From Camelus dromedarius (Eukaryota): 64,000 nt of DNA. Below the pieces are notes generated by a model. The model made no database searches. It saw only the letters and a program-made list of their open reading frames with translations, and was not told where the DNA came from. The position numbers and the translations under genes are program-made. Positions 25,196-38,572 of the stretch are shown piece after piece. The DNA lies in NCBI RefSeq assembly GCF_036321535.1, contig NC_087436.1, forward strand, positions 87,112,001 to 87,176,000, read 5' to 3'. The first letter of the stretch is position 1. Every line of letters begins with the position of its first letter.

Positions 25196-25419
25196 AACAA
25201 GGCCTCACACATTCTGGTTGTGTGGAGTTGTGGTCTCTGCACAAGCCACACCAAGACTGACCCCAGTATTAGCAGCGTCCCTCATTCAGAAATCTGACCT
25301 CAGCCTCCTTCACTGGAAATCACAGCCGTGGGGCTGTCCCTTCCTTTTTATTTCACCCTGTGACTACCCTATCAGTGCTGTCCTGCAGTCTATGGAAATA
25401 AACACACACCCTGAAAGGA

Positions 25420-25915
25420 TCTTGTACATCCAGACAATGGCCTATTCAGCACATGATATAAATGAGCTATCAAGCCACAAAAGTCCATGGAGGAAGCCTA
25501 AATGCATATTACTAAGTAAAAGAAGCCACTCTGAAAAGGTCACTTACTGTATAATCCCAACTGTATGACATTCCAGAAAAGGCAAAACTAAGATGACAGT
25601 AAGAAGATCAGTGGTTGCTCATGGGGAGGAAGGTTGGAGGGATGAACAGGTGAAGCACAGAGGATTTTTAGGTCAATGAAATTACTCTGTATGATATTAT
25701 AGTGGGGCATACATGTCATTAATACATACATACATACATTTGTCCAAACCCTTAGATTCATCAGTTGTAACAAATGCACCACTCTCATGAGGGATGTTGA
25801 TAATGGGGGAGGCTGTGTGTATGGAGAGGGCACAGGCTACACATGGGAAGTCTGTGCCTTCTGCTCAACGTTGCTGTGAATCTAAAACTGCTCTAAAAAA
25901 AATAGTCTATTAAAA
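25420..25915 (+). mobile_element. Old L1 (L1M-type) 3' end, followed by (TA)n
   Basis: aaatgcatattactaagt..agaagcca.tctgaaaagg, gacattccagaaaaggcaaaacta, ttgctgtgaatctaaaactgctctaaaa. Confidence 0.78.
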
Positions 25916-28900
25916 TATATATATATATATATATATATAGGATAGGGCATCTAGTCCAACTTTCTCCTACAGTATCCCTGCTGAGAGATTGTTCAGCCTA
26001 ATCAAGAATACTTCCAGTGATGGGAATGCCCCACCATCCACAGCAGCACGTTTATCCTGAGCTGGTATTTTTTCTCCTATAGCCTCCTTCCTGAAAGACA
26101 GACTTTGACGTCCTCATCAGCTTTCCAAACATCTGGTCCATTGCTCCTTTGCCTTCCATGGTAGTTTGGAAGGGCCCAAAGGACTGGTAAGGGAAAGGAA
26201 AGGTACCTCCTGGGACATGGAAGTATAAAGGAACAGAAAACACAGGAGGCGTGTCTCCTGCTTCTTTGCTGAGGACGATTTTTAATAGCACTTTTATCAT
26301 TCAGTTTCAAAAATTAAAAAGAACCATGGCTTAGAAGCAGTGTCTGGATTAAGGAGGGGATAGAATTCATTTTAAGCTGCTCATTTTCTAGGAGCTCTCT
26401 GGGTGTGAAACTAGCGACAGATAGAAGTAAACATAATAGAGGGTTTTTGTCTGATGGCTCCACGCACTGTGTGTTGGATGTCTTACAGTCCCATGCATTT
26501 CACACCAGAGAGCTTTCCTGGTTCACAGTGGGGACACAATGATTTTTTTTTTAATTGTCAACCTTCTTTTTAGTAGAGGCCGGACTGAAAGACAGAATCA
26601 TTAGGTTCAGAAGACAAAGCAGGAGAGAAGGCAGTTTGGAACTTAAATACAGAGGACACACACGCTGAAACACACACACACACACACATCTCTTGCCATT
26701 AGAAAGATCACCTATTGACCAGAATACTTTAACTTCGAAAAAAGTAGATCTTTAAGTTCCTCTAATGGGCCTTCCCTCCCCGCCACATACCTTGGTTGGT
26801 TTCCATGGTAGCAAATAGCCCACAGTCTCCCCCTTTCCACACTCAGGGAGAAAGAAGAACTAGTGTTCTACAATTATAGTCCCTTGCTACTGTATCGGAT
26901 TTTATCTTTCTTATTCTGGAAGGTTTCCTCCACCCTCTTTCTCTATTTCAATGTAACATATAAACTGATGGTAAAAGAAAAGGTGAAAAGAGTTCTCCTT
27001 TTCATTCAGGGCAAAGTCTGAGATTTTCTTCTCCTCTCAATGATGTAAGTCTTAACAGCCTGTCACTTTTTCTGGGAATGTAGAAGACCAATATGATAAG
27101 TAATCTGATGACAATAACTCAGAATACATTCAAGTTTTAAACATGACTTAGAACAACTAGTGAATTTCTGCTCTTTTCCTGGAGAGTAGGAAAACTCACT
27201 GCACCCATTTTCCGAAGGACTTTTAACACATTGAACATTAGAAACTGACCTGACTGCATTATTAACAAATACTGTTATTTATTGTTAGGAGTTCCCTTGG
27301 TGAAATGGAAGGTCTGACAATATTGCAACTAAACGGCGCTCATGTTCCCTGAGATCATTTTCTTCTTCTTTTCTCCAGCGGGAAGAATCCTACAAGCTTA
27401 CAAGGATCCTGCCCCTTCTCTCTAACTCATCATTTATATAGAAGACTAAGAAGCAGAGAGAGGTAAGTATTGGTCCTCCATGAATGAGTGCTCTTGGGAA
27501 ATTTGACAAGATACTCGGATCAGGTGATAAGCACAAGCAGAAACGGTTAAAAAAGATTTTGAGCAACTGAGCCAATTGTTAAGCAAAACCTTTGGTTCCA
27601 AATTCTTAAGTAGATTGGACACACCTAATCTTTGCCCTCTAACTTCCCCTAGGGGTGCTTAAAAGGTCACCCAAGGACACTTTAGGCATCCTTATTTGTC
27701 TGTGCGCAGAAGACAAAGCCTCTCTCCGCAGCCTTAACTCCTTAGCTAAAAGAAAATCAAAACTCTTCATAAATATCCACCTATGTCATGAAGACAGAAC
27801 AAACTTCATTTCTCTTCATTCCCCAAATCACCTGGATGGTGGAATTCAGAGGAATGAAGTCTTGCTGAGGACCAAAGCCACTGATTCTCATTGCTTTATC
27901 TGGTTCTCAAAATCACAGTAACCATCAAACGCTTTCTAAGCCCTAATTAGCACCACTGGCTCAGGTCATCCACGAGTGTCTAAAATATCATGAGTCAGAG
28001 TGTGATTTATAGAAATGGGGCCCCAAGTTAGCAGAGGTATGTAAGTTACTTGGTTTGTGAAAATGGAAATGGTGATGTGATCATTTCTTCAACAAGCATG
28101 AAATTCAGTCACTGCCAAAAAAACATTTTCATTCTAACAGTGCTCTATGAGAGTTTAGGATTTTCACCAAAGTATTTGTATTGTTAATGCATTTCCCTTC
28201 TGATTAAAAAAGAAAATGGATAGCAGATGAGAAAAATTTGGTGCGATCGCTTCTAGGAATTGCACAAATGACTCATGTACTCGCTTGATTTGACAAGGGT
28301 ACTGGTTTCTATATAAAGAAACAACTCAGTCCCAAAATAGAGCTGCACACAGCAGAATGTAGCTCGTAGAGGAATTACACATTCCAGACCTGAGGAACAT
28401 GAGGAGTGGTATGCTGGGGCATCTCTGCTGGGAATGCGGTGTGAAGTCCATTATTAATTCATTTGGAATGTCAAGTTAGCTGCTCCAGGACCTTACATTT
28501 TTCAAGATAGGAAAAAGCCCAGTGTAGTTTGAGACCATTCTTAATTGACTCTAAAAGCAAATAATAACAACAGAAAAAAAAAATAAAACTTAATTTTTTT
28601 TGCAGAAGATGTGTATTCTAATGCTAAATAGAAAATATATTTAGCTCAATGGTAAGTAAGTTATAACAGATTTTGTGCCATACATCTGTTGACTATCTGA
28701 TGAATTTAGGCATATGAAAGTGCTCTGTAAATTATAAAAATATAATACTTTTATATCTTCATTATGAGAATGAAGCAGATTTATTTTTCCAGCCTGAACT
28801 GTCCCTTAATCAGTTGTTGAGAAGTAATGTATTTACAACCCAGTCAAAGCCTCTTCCAAATCCCTCCTTACCTGGGCTGAGTTGAAGAGATAGACTGAAA

Positions 28901-30856
28901 TCTTGTGCTTATTTGCCAAAACACGCAGTTACAGCCAAGAGCCGAGGCATTCCTCTCTCCCTATCTTCAGGCAAGAGATGGAATCATTTCTTTTAGAGGA
29001 GCTAGTGCACTGCTTATTAATCAGGCCCACTGTGATTTTAGGGCAGAATGTGGCAGCCTCCCTAAGGTTACAGTGCACTCCAAGCCTAAGAACATGGTAG
29101 AGAACAATTTCCAGACCGTGATGCTGGAGCAGCTGGCTCAAGGAATTCCTCAACAGGTCAAACAAGCAGCGTCTTGAGGGACCCCCTTAGCAGCTTCTCC
29201 CTCATCATTACAAAGCAGCTTGACCCACAGGAGGCCCTTCCATGGCCGACCAGCCTGCCACCCCCACCCCCACCCTCCTTCCCCAGCTCACTTCCGGGCC
29301 CAGGGCCAGTGGCAAGTGCTTCAGCTTGCTGTGTTCTTCACCTCCGAGGCACTAGCTATTTGTTTTTTTATTGTCCAACTCTCCACATTGCAGAGTAAGC
29401 TCCTTGGGGGTAGAGATGTGTCTTCACTGCTCCAGCTCCAGAATCTAGAAGTGTGCGCACAGCACACACTAGTACTTAGTAGGTGTTTGTGAAGAAATGA
29501 ACGGATGAATGAATCTGTGCGTTTTCTGTGCGCTGAGAAAGGAGGCAGTAGAGGGAAACTGAGGAAGCTAGAGGTGTGGACGAGGACAGTAGGGGACTCA
29601 GGACCGGAGAGGGTGCAGGGAGGGTGGGGATGAGAACACAGAGATGGGCTTTGGAGGCAGGCTCCCAGGCTGCTCCAGGCACTGGCTCGTCCTGGTTCAC
29701 TCTTTCCATGGATGCGGGGAGGCAGATCAAGAAGATGGCTTTGTAAGTTGGAGGTCATGGCTGTGGGGAGAAGATGGAGTGCGTGCTGCTGCCGGCTGGC
29801 TGGGGTCTCAGGAAGCAGACTTAAGGCCACTGGCCCAGATTGAGGGGTAGACTGGGCAACGACAGGGTGGAGGTGGGGACGGCACAAGGAGAACAGAACA
29901 GGCAGGTCACATCCACAGAAGATGCTTCAGGAACCAAAGGACTGACTGATGTGAGAACAGGACACAGTGTGTGTGGCTCAGGCAGCGACATTCTGTACAG
30001 GGAAGCAGAAGCAGGGAAAGGGGCGTGGCGTCTCAGGGGGCTGAGGGAGTGAGTGTGTCTAGGATGTGGATGAGTGACTGACTCTGGATTTTACGTGAGA
30101 AGGATGTCCACAAGGAAGGAGAGTAATGGTGAGTGACTCCTGGACCTTCCTGGGGCCGGCCACCGTGCTGCACAGCCAGCTTCCACGATGTGCAGGGACA
30201 GGCTGGACCATAAGCTCACAAGGGCAAGGACCATAGCATCTTTCCACCTCTGTTTTCTCTGTGCCTGACAAATGCCTGGTATGTGCTAGGTCTCAATAGC
30301 TGCTGAATAAAATTAATGAACAGAGCTGACTGTGGGCAGGAATAAGCAGATATGGTCTGACTCGTGTGGGTCTTATCCTGGTCCCCTGGCTCCAGACTCA
30401 TGTGCCTTCCCCAACAATGATAATAAATACTGATTAAGCACATACCATGTCCCAGGCGCTGTTCCAAGTGCTCTATACATATTGACTCAGTTAATTGTTA
30501 CCACAAACCCACAAGACAAGGCTAATGCTGTTGTCTCTTTGTTTACTGCCATGAATTCCAGGTCCAGAAAAGCTAAGCGGTTTATTCAAGATGATACAGG
30601 TAGGAAGTGGGAAAGGCAATGTTTGAACCCAGACAGTCTGACTCCTGAGCCCCATCGCCCACAGCCTGCTGCCTACTTCTCAGGGTGCTCCCCGGGGGCC
30701 ATATCCCACCCATTCCCCAACCCCTGTCCTCAGCCTTCATCTCACTTCTCCATCTTCTACGCAGCTTGCAGGTGGAGAGGGTTTGCATTGGGAAAGGAAA
30801 GTGTGAAATGCAAGGAGCAAGAGGGCAGGAGGCTGGGGAAAGGCTGGAGTCCCAAG

Positions 30857-30859
<3 letters not shown>

Positions 30860-30892
<33 letters not shown>

Positions 30893-30911
30893 TGTGGTGT
30901 GGTGTGGTGTG
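30860..30911. repeat. (TG)n followed by (GTGTG)n compound microsatellite
   Basis: Read directly from the sequence. Confidence 0.95.
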
Positions 30912-31229
30912 ATAGGGGCTGCAGTTGTTAAAAATGACTTTTCGTATATTAAAAAAAAGTGACTTCTCATATAACCCACAAGGGTCAGAGCATTTCCCTG
31001 ACCACAGCTACAGGACTGGAATTTGACCAGAATGTTATCATGTTAATTTAGGGTCAGCATATAGAAAGTTGAGGACTGGTTAATCAGAAAGGCAACACCA
31101 AAACAAAGAGTTTCAGCTTATCCCAGGGTGGGAGGAGGAAAGAGTATCATTTCTTGAACGTAACTTGAGCATTCAGTTCAACCATCTCTTCATTTTGCCC
31201 AGAAGTCTCAAGACCTGAAAAAGAAACTG

Positions 31230-31383
31230 CAGTCTGCCTTCCATACCTATGGATGCAAAACCCACAGAAACGGAGGGCAGACTGTAAACACTATTTAAAT
31301 AAGGGACTTAAGCATCCGCAGATTTTGGTAACTGAGGGGCCAAAATCTGGAACCAACCCCTTGCTAGTACCGAGGGACAGTGT
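31230..31383 (-). mobile_element. TcMar-Tigger-derived MITE (MER2/MER8-like)
   Basis: Reverse strand ctgtccctcggtact..ttggttccag..accaaaatctgcggatgcttaagtcccttat; internal inverted repeat cagtctgcc...ggcagactg. Confidence 0.7.
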
Positions 31384-34300
31384 ACTTAGAACAGGATCTG
31401 CAGAGTGAAATTCAATTTAACTCCAGCCATAAGCCAAGTACTCTGCAAAGTGCTTTTAAAAAGGAAGTGTGGCATTCATCTATTTCTTGGTGTTTTGCTT
31501 TTTCTGCCTTCTGTCCTTGTATCACATGACGCCAGTCCCATTCAGAGCAGAGATAAAGCTTCACAACAGGCCCGGCGCTTAGTAACCAGCAGCACATTTG
31601 CCGAACGCTGGTGGCTGTTGACAAACACCACAGCCCTACTTGAGCACTTAATCATCCAAGAACCTTCAGTTGCTTCCTGTGTTCTTCCCATGTGACGGTT
31701 ATGTACAGGTAACAGGCTCCAGCAGGGGTTTAGAGGAAGTATTCTTGTCTGCTCTGCAGCCCTAGCAAACGGACTCAGTCCAATTGTTCTCATCAACGTG
31801 ATGCTGAAAAGTTAAAAAAAAAAAAGTCGGTGCCTTTTCAAATGTTAAAAAAAAAGATACCCCAGAAACACTAGGTATTTAACTATGAAGTAGGATCGGT
31901 TAACGTTTATTTGTTTAAATCAACGTGTATGGGAGGTCACTGAAAAAATTTGGCATGATCCCTGCTCCCAAGGAATGTATGGCCTAGTTAGGAAGGCAAG
32001 ATTTACCGAGGAAAGAATGGATAATATACTGCGATGCATAAAAAGCATGTCAAGTTGTCCTTAAGGAGAAAGAGGAAGATCAGTAGGGCTGGAGTGGCCA
32101 TAGGAGATATCTTCAAAGAGCTGGAAGATGAGCCAGGCCCTGTAGAATGAGGGAGATTTGAATGAGAGGGTGCATTTGAAGGAGGAATGAAAGTGGCATC
32201 TTTGGGGTTGGGGGAGAGGCTGCACTGACAGAAGGAATCATGCCAGGATGGAGTGGGGACTCGGACTGGATGAGTCAGATGTTACCAGATGACCAGAGGA
32301 TTTGGAAGCTGGAAGGCAGGGTATTTATACATGAGTCTTGGTACTCTCTAGTGTCCAAACTCAGTGGGGGATGCCAAGGTTCCAGGAGGCACGAGATGCT
32401 CTCACAGTAGCCAGCTAACCTTTCTGGAGCCTGTTGGCAAGAGAGACACACCCCAGGATCTGCTAAAACCAAAAAGTGTGAGGGACCGAAGGAAATAAGG
32501 GAAGAAACATTGCAACCATAGCTAATGTCAGAAACGGACCACAGTTCAATCACTGATTTGAATTATTGTTCATTTCTGACATTTGTTTTTCCACAAGAAA
32601 CCAAGGAACTAAAAGCACTGATCCTGGTGCCTTGACACTCCAGGGGCAAAAATCCACATGGGAGATCAAGCAGGAGTAACAGAAAAATAGGGGAGAGGGG
32701 GTATACCACAAAATAAGAGAAGGAGGATGGCGAAGGCCAGGAACACAAAAAATTGGCTTCTGGAGCAGAACTTGTCCAGAAGCTAAAAGAAGCAATCAAA
32801 TTACTTACATGGAGAATAGATAGACATGGGAACAGAATTAATCTATAGGCTGATACCATCCAGCCAATATTTATGAATACAATTTAAAGGCAAGCTAGTA
32901 AACAGGAGAACCTTGGGTGTCTGAGGAGAGAAGGCAAAGCATGACCAGCCAGGATTCACTCATTCACTCATTCATTCATTTATTCATGTATTTGTCTATT
33001 CATCAACAAAATATATCAAGTGCAATCACTGAGTTGCCCAGTTCCTGGGAGCTCCATTCACGTTGTTTCCTACATAGATGGCACCCCTGGAGCACCATGT
33101 AGAATAAACATGAATGGGGCCTTTGGAGCTGTGCGTCAAGGTAGCCTGGGTTGCGTGGCTCCTATGCCAGGCACTGTTGTAGTGCAGGAGAATACAGGTC
33201 CAGAGGCAAGTCTAGGAAGAGGAATCAGCCAGCTGAGGTTGGAGGTTGGAAGAGCATGGAATGACCAAAGATCAAGATATGATGTCCACGGCCCCAAAGC
33301 AATTCCTGCCAGACCCCAGGGACTGGGCCAGCTAATTCCCGTCCTCCCATTAGAACAGATGCAGAGAGAGCTGCAGGGGAGAGGTGCCGGAGAGGGAGAG
33401 GGGACAGTGAGAGCACATTTATAGACAGTTGCTAGACTTACATAGTAGCCTCTCCGAAGCCCCTGGGGGGTTGCCCTCCTTCCATGATAAAAGGTCAGCG
33501 CGAGTCCAGACAGATTCAGCCCCTCTGGAGACAGACCACTCACCTGTAATGGCTTGATTCGCCAGCCTATGCTGTGGAATAATTGGCTTTACTCCCTCTG
33601 GAAGGCTGGTGGCAGAGAATAATTCCAAACCTGTGATGATGCCTTTCTCTCTACCTCATTAAACACTTACTTGAGTGAGAAAAGTGAAGTCAGTAGAAAT
33701 TTATGGACTACCTTGCCCTAATTTCTGCAAAATTTCAACTTTTCCTTCTCGTTGGCTGCATGATTTACTGAACAGGAGCTAACAGTCACAAGCCTGGTAC
33801 CCAGTGAGCTCAGGGATGCTTTGGGGAATTCAATACTAATGTCACATTGATGGCTTATATAGTAGAAAGCTGGCCATAATGTCACAGCAGATGTCTAGTT
33901 GCTTACAACAATGAAGAGAGATTTCCATAGAAAGCCTGAGTCAGCAAAGCAATAGAAAGCCTGAGTTTTTCCCATAGAAAGCCTCTGCTCACAGCTGCCC
34001 CCCACTCAAACTGAAATCGCTCGATCCTTGGGTCATTGTTACAGATGGGGTCATCATGGTGTCAGCCTTTGATGCTGATGAATAATCCGTGATGCCTTTA
34101 GCTGAGAGAGCAGGACTGGTCTCCTCTCAGGAGCGGAGGAAAATGAGTAGTTTTCGTCTTATCTAGGGAAGATAGGAAAAGAATCTCTCTTTTCAAAGTG
34201 GTCAGGATACGTTTTGCTGAAAAAAATGACAGAAACTCAATTCAAACTGGCTTAAGGTTCACAGTGGAATTTCTGGGCTTGTGCAACTGGAAAATCCAAA

Positions 34301-35394
34301 GGTAGACTTGGTAGGTTCAGGCCTGGCTGAGTTCACAGGCTCTGAAGGCATCCATTGGTCCACAGGTCTCAGGCCAACTTCTCTCTTACCTGTCCTCCTT
34401 CCCAGGTGGGCTCTGGCCAGGTAGCTGTCCTTGGAAATTCTGGACTTACCTCAGCCACACAGCTCGCAACTTTCAGCTCAAAGAGAAAAACTCTTTCCCA
34501 GTAGCTCCAGCAAAAGTTCTATAATTGAGTATCATTGGCCCAGCTTAGGTTCCATTCCCAACTCAAAAGCAATCACCTTGGCCAGGAGGATAGAAAATGT
34601 TGACTGGCCAGGCTGTAGATCGCTTGCCCAGCCCTGGAGCAGAGTGGGTGAGGTCAGCCCCACCAAATCACTGGGACCAAGAGTGAAAACAGGTTGCTTA
34701 TGATTAGGAAATGAATGCCAGGCAGGTCAAAGAGCAGATCTCCAAGTCATGCTTCCCCCCATGTGTAAATGAGCCGTCTCTTCTGGGGTCTTATTTGACT
34801 TATATGAGTCCTGGCTCATGACATTGAAATAGAACAGGGCCTGCCCAGGCCAGGGTACGCTGTCCTAGAGTCCTGGAAGCTTCCTGTTTCTCTTGCTTGC
34901 TTTTAGGAAGACAGAAGTAAATGGGAATTAGATGGCGTTTCTGAAAGGGCTTTCATTTCCAATGACTGGCCCACATGCACTGCACAATCAAAGCATCATG
35001 GGGAGGGCTTAGGGCAAGGGTAGAGATGTTTGTATCTCCAGGTCTAAGTTCCACCTCTACCACCTGCTTCCCATGTGACCTTAGGTTAATCAAAGGAATT
35101 ACTGTATGTTCCCTACCTCAAAGACTGGTGAGGATGTGAATACTTGAAATTATGAGAAAGTCCTTAATGGAGTATTATTAGTAATAATAATAGATACAAT
35201 TTGCTGGGCCCCTACTGTGTGTCAGGCAGTACATACATTATTTATATTATTTACATTTTAAAGTTAAAAATAATGAGTCCTAGAGAGACTAAAGAACTTA
35301 GCCACAGTCACCCAGCTGGTAAACAGAAGAGCTAGGATTTGAACCCTGGTCTTTTTTAACCCAGAGCCTCCATTTCCTCCACCATGTGTAACGA

Positions 35395-35950
35395 AATCTG
35401 TGGCAGACACTCTAGGCTGCCTCTGGAAACCATCCCCTTCCCTCATCATCCTTTTTTTCCTAACCAACAAGAGCCTATTTTGTTCTTGGTAGAAATGTGC
35501 CCAGCCCCAAAGAATGCATCATGATTGGTCTAAGCCAACCCTAACTATCCTGTTTTCCTCTGCTAGATATTTACTGCCCTAGGCTCCCCTGCCACAAGAA
35601 GTGGCCAATGAGATATAAGGAGAGGAGGTCTTCTAAGGGAGCTTTTGGGAATCACCTTCTAACTAGATAAAAATAAATATAGTTTTGTCCCTCCCCATTC
35701 TTTTCTGCTTGAAACACTGGTATGAAGACAAAATGCCTGGAGCTGTGGCAGCCATTTTGTGATCATATGGCAACAAGCATGGGGATAAAAAGCCAACTCG
35801 ATGGCAATGCAGAAGCCTGGCTCTTTGTAGATAACTTTGAGGCCATGAAAGAATAAAAAAAAGAATGAAATCACCTCCCTCCAGACTTTCTGTAGGTAAA
35901 TAGTAATGAATGTTCTTTCATTTAAGTGGTTGCTGTCAAGTGCAATCCAA
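35395..35950 (+). mobile_element. MaLR LTR (older MLT1 subfamily)
   Basis: tgtggcagaca, atcatgattggtctaagcca, gtggccaatgagatataag, cctggagctgtggcagccattttgtgatcat. Confidence 0.65.
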
Positions 35951-36348
35951 CTGGTACAGCCTTTAGTTTTAATTTGAATCTGAAGAGAATGATAATCCCC
36001 AATATCACAACACAGAGATAAGTTGAGATGAAAGAGGTCTGAACATAAAGAGACATGGAATCTGGTTCCATTGACCAGTGTGGTAACCTTGGACCAGACC
36101 CTCTACCTCTCTGCACTTCACTTTTCCCTTCTGTCAAATAAGGTTGATGGATTAGAACATTTCTAAGGTCTCCTCATGACTCTGAGTCTCTGATTCTGGG
36201 ACTGCTTCTGAGCCAGGGCCATTTGGGAGCCCTGTAGGACATGCCGTCCAATAAAATGACAGGCCCCAAAGGAGGAGCTCTTGGGGTTACTTCAGGGTCC
36301 TTGGCCTGAGGGGGCCCACTCTAAAATTTTGCATCGAGGGCCAAGTAC

Positions 36349-37460
36349 TGCTTGGCTGAATTCATAAATCTGTTTTAGCCAGGAGTGGCACAGGAAATAT
36401 TGATCAATCTTATGGCACAAGACCTAAGCAATTAGAATGACCCATCAGAAGGGGCCCTGGCTGCCACGGAGCGCACACAGGATGGCCGTCAGCCCCGACT
36501 GAGGAGCAGCTAGTGCCCTGTCACTTCTGCTCTCCACCCCTGCCAGGGCTCGTCTTCCAGCACTGATGCATGTCCGCCCCCACTGTGGCTCCTGCCACTG
36601 CCCGGAGCCAACTGGCTCTTGTGGTTTTGCCAGAAGAGTGACGTATTACCATCTAAGAGCCAGAGTTTCTGCCTCCAACATTTTGGTCCTTTCCTGAAAC
36701 AAAATTTGAAGATTATTATAATTGCCAAAGGCATTGTAGCACCTGCCACTTCCATCACACCCACATTCATTCACCTTCTCCGCCATGGCTGCCACCGAGA
36801 CCACTATAACCACTGAAGGTTTTGCCCATCAGTAAAGTGGGTCCCATCAAAATCAAATCTCAGGCACCACCAAAGAGTCCACCTTGGGCTGGGTGAAGCA
36901 TTGGCCAACCCTCAGTCAGACAACGTTCCTCTCACTTCACAGCCATGGCACATCTGTGGCCATCCACAGTGTGGTCTTTCTGAACAGTGTTGGAGCCACA
37001 GAATCATTGTCATTGAAGGATACCAAAACCACGCCTCTCTCTCATGGCCTTACTTACTTTGATCCTTTCACACTGTTCAGGATAACCTCTTGAATGGAAT
37101 TTTTCAGGGTCTTCCTTAACCAGGTCAGTGGGCCTTTGAGAGTCTTCTCTGGAGACAGGCCTGCTTGGCTCACCCAAGGGTTTCTTGTCCACCCACCTTA
37201 TGTGGCTGCTTCTGCTTCTCCCACGGTGGCACTGTGACAAATGCAGTGTCCCTGGAGTGATTGGCGTTGGCCTCTTCTGACACCTCACAGGTGACAGACA
37301 TTCCCTGTTGTTCACAATGACTCCTCAGGCTCCCATTGGTCACCTCTAGCTTCAAGCCCCCAGTGAGGAGCCTCTGCCACTGTGGGACTTCTACCTGGTG
37401 GCAGTTAGAGCTGACACTGCCACCACCCTTCGTCAGGGCATCCACGACAGAAAGGAGCTG
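36349..37460 (-). pseudogene. HNRNPA1: Old processed (intronless) HNRNPA1 pseudogene, multiply frameshifted and deleted
   Basis: Minus-strand fragments align by eye to hnRNP A1: QWQRLLTGGLKLEVTNGSLRSHCEQQG (cf. [27 protein letters not shown]), PHKVGG..EPSRPVSREDSQRP, VKEDPEKFHSRGYPEQ, FNDNDSV, VQKDHTVDGHRC, YNAFGNYNN. UTR remnants: ttctgtcgtggatgcc (5'), agaagtgacaggg and acagatttatgaattcagccaagca (3'). The start codon position reads AGG (37396-37394). No introns. Confidence 0.88.
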
Positions 37461-38572
37461 ATCCAGGCCCAGATCTCAAAGCCCGGTTATTTTATGAACC
37501 AAGCTGATGGACTGGGGAGGCACCTTTTCATTCTTTGATGGCTCCTACACACTGCTACATCTCCCAGGAAGCTCAGACCTGAGACTCACACTTAACTGCA
37601 CATGTGTTCCTTGTCCTGAACACCCTGGTATGACTATTCCACACCTTCATGGCTAAGCCTTCATTGTTTTAATCAGTTTAGAGTTTCATCATATCTTCGT
37701 CTTTTTTTTTATAACCTCATGTCAGTTCCCATAAATAAGTAGTTGAGGGATTGTGAAGAACTATCTACCGATCCCCAGGAAAGAAGCATAAAACAAACAA
37801 AACCCCGACACTCGTGTTTAGGTTGTAGGGACTGAGTCCCGTGCATTGAATAAAGTAGGAGTTAGAGTGTTAATTAAGGTTGAGGCGGAGTTAGAAAGTC
37901 AAAAGGCCTGGAAGAGCTGTCCCCTTCCTCTTAGCCTGGCTGGGATCCTCCTCCAGCTAGGACGAGTGTCCTTGAGGACCCCAGACTTTGAGAAGGGGGG
38001 ACCCTCCAGGAGAACATCATATAATATAGGAAACCTCTTGGCAGCCATGAATGAGTCTCAGGGAATAAGACTGTATCTGTGGCAGACACTCAAACAGCCA
38101 ATCCCAACCCCCTCGCCCTGCTGCTTTTGCTACAGAAGCAGGAAAGGCTAACCTCTCCTTTCTCAGTCTCCTTTGCAGAGAGGAGGATGCAACACAGTTC
38201 CAGCCAATGAAATAGAGGAAGTAGAGGTTGGTTGAGAGTTTCAGGAAAACCTCTGGCTTTGATGCAGATGGCACTGGCCTCTATCCTAATGGGCAGAGGT
38301 CAGCGTCTGGGAGCGAAGCAGGAGGAGGGTGGAGGTGGCAGGGGAGAGCATGTGGGAGTTCTCTTCTGATGGCTCCGTTCTCTCAGGGAATCAAAGCAAG
38401 GCCACCCACTGTGAGTGAGTGAGGATGGGGGAGGAGAGGTTGGGATGTCGAGGACAGAAGAGAAGGTATGAAACAGTCACAGGGTGGGTGGGGGAGGTAA
38501 ATAAACTAGGACACATACTAGGATCAGTGGGCAAACTCAGGACTGAGGTTAGTGTTCAAGCATATAAAGTGA

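Noticed and set aside
32550..33650. Purine-rich stretch that looked like decayed coding or retroviral sequence
   Set aside because: No translation matched any family I can recognise; a TBLASTX or RepeatMasker run would be needed.
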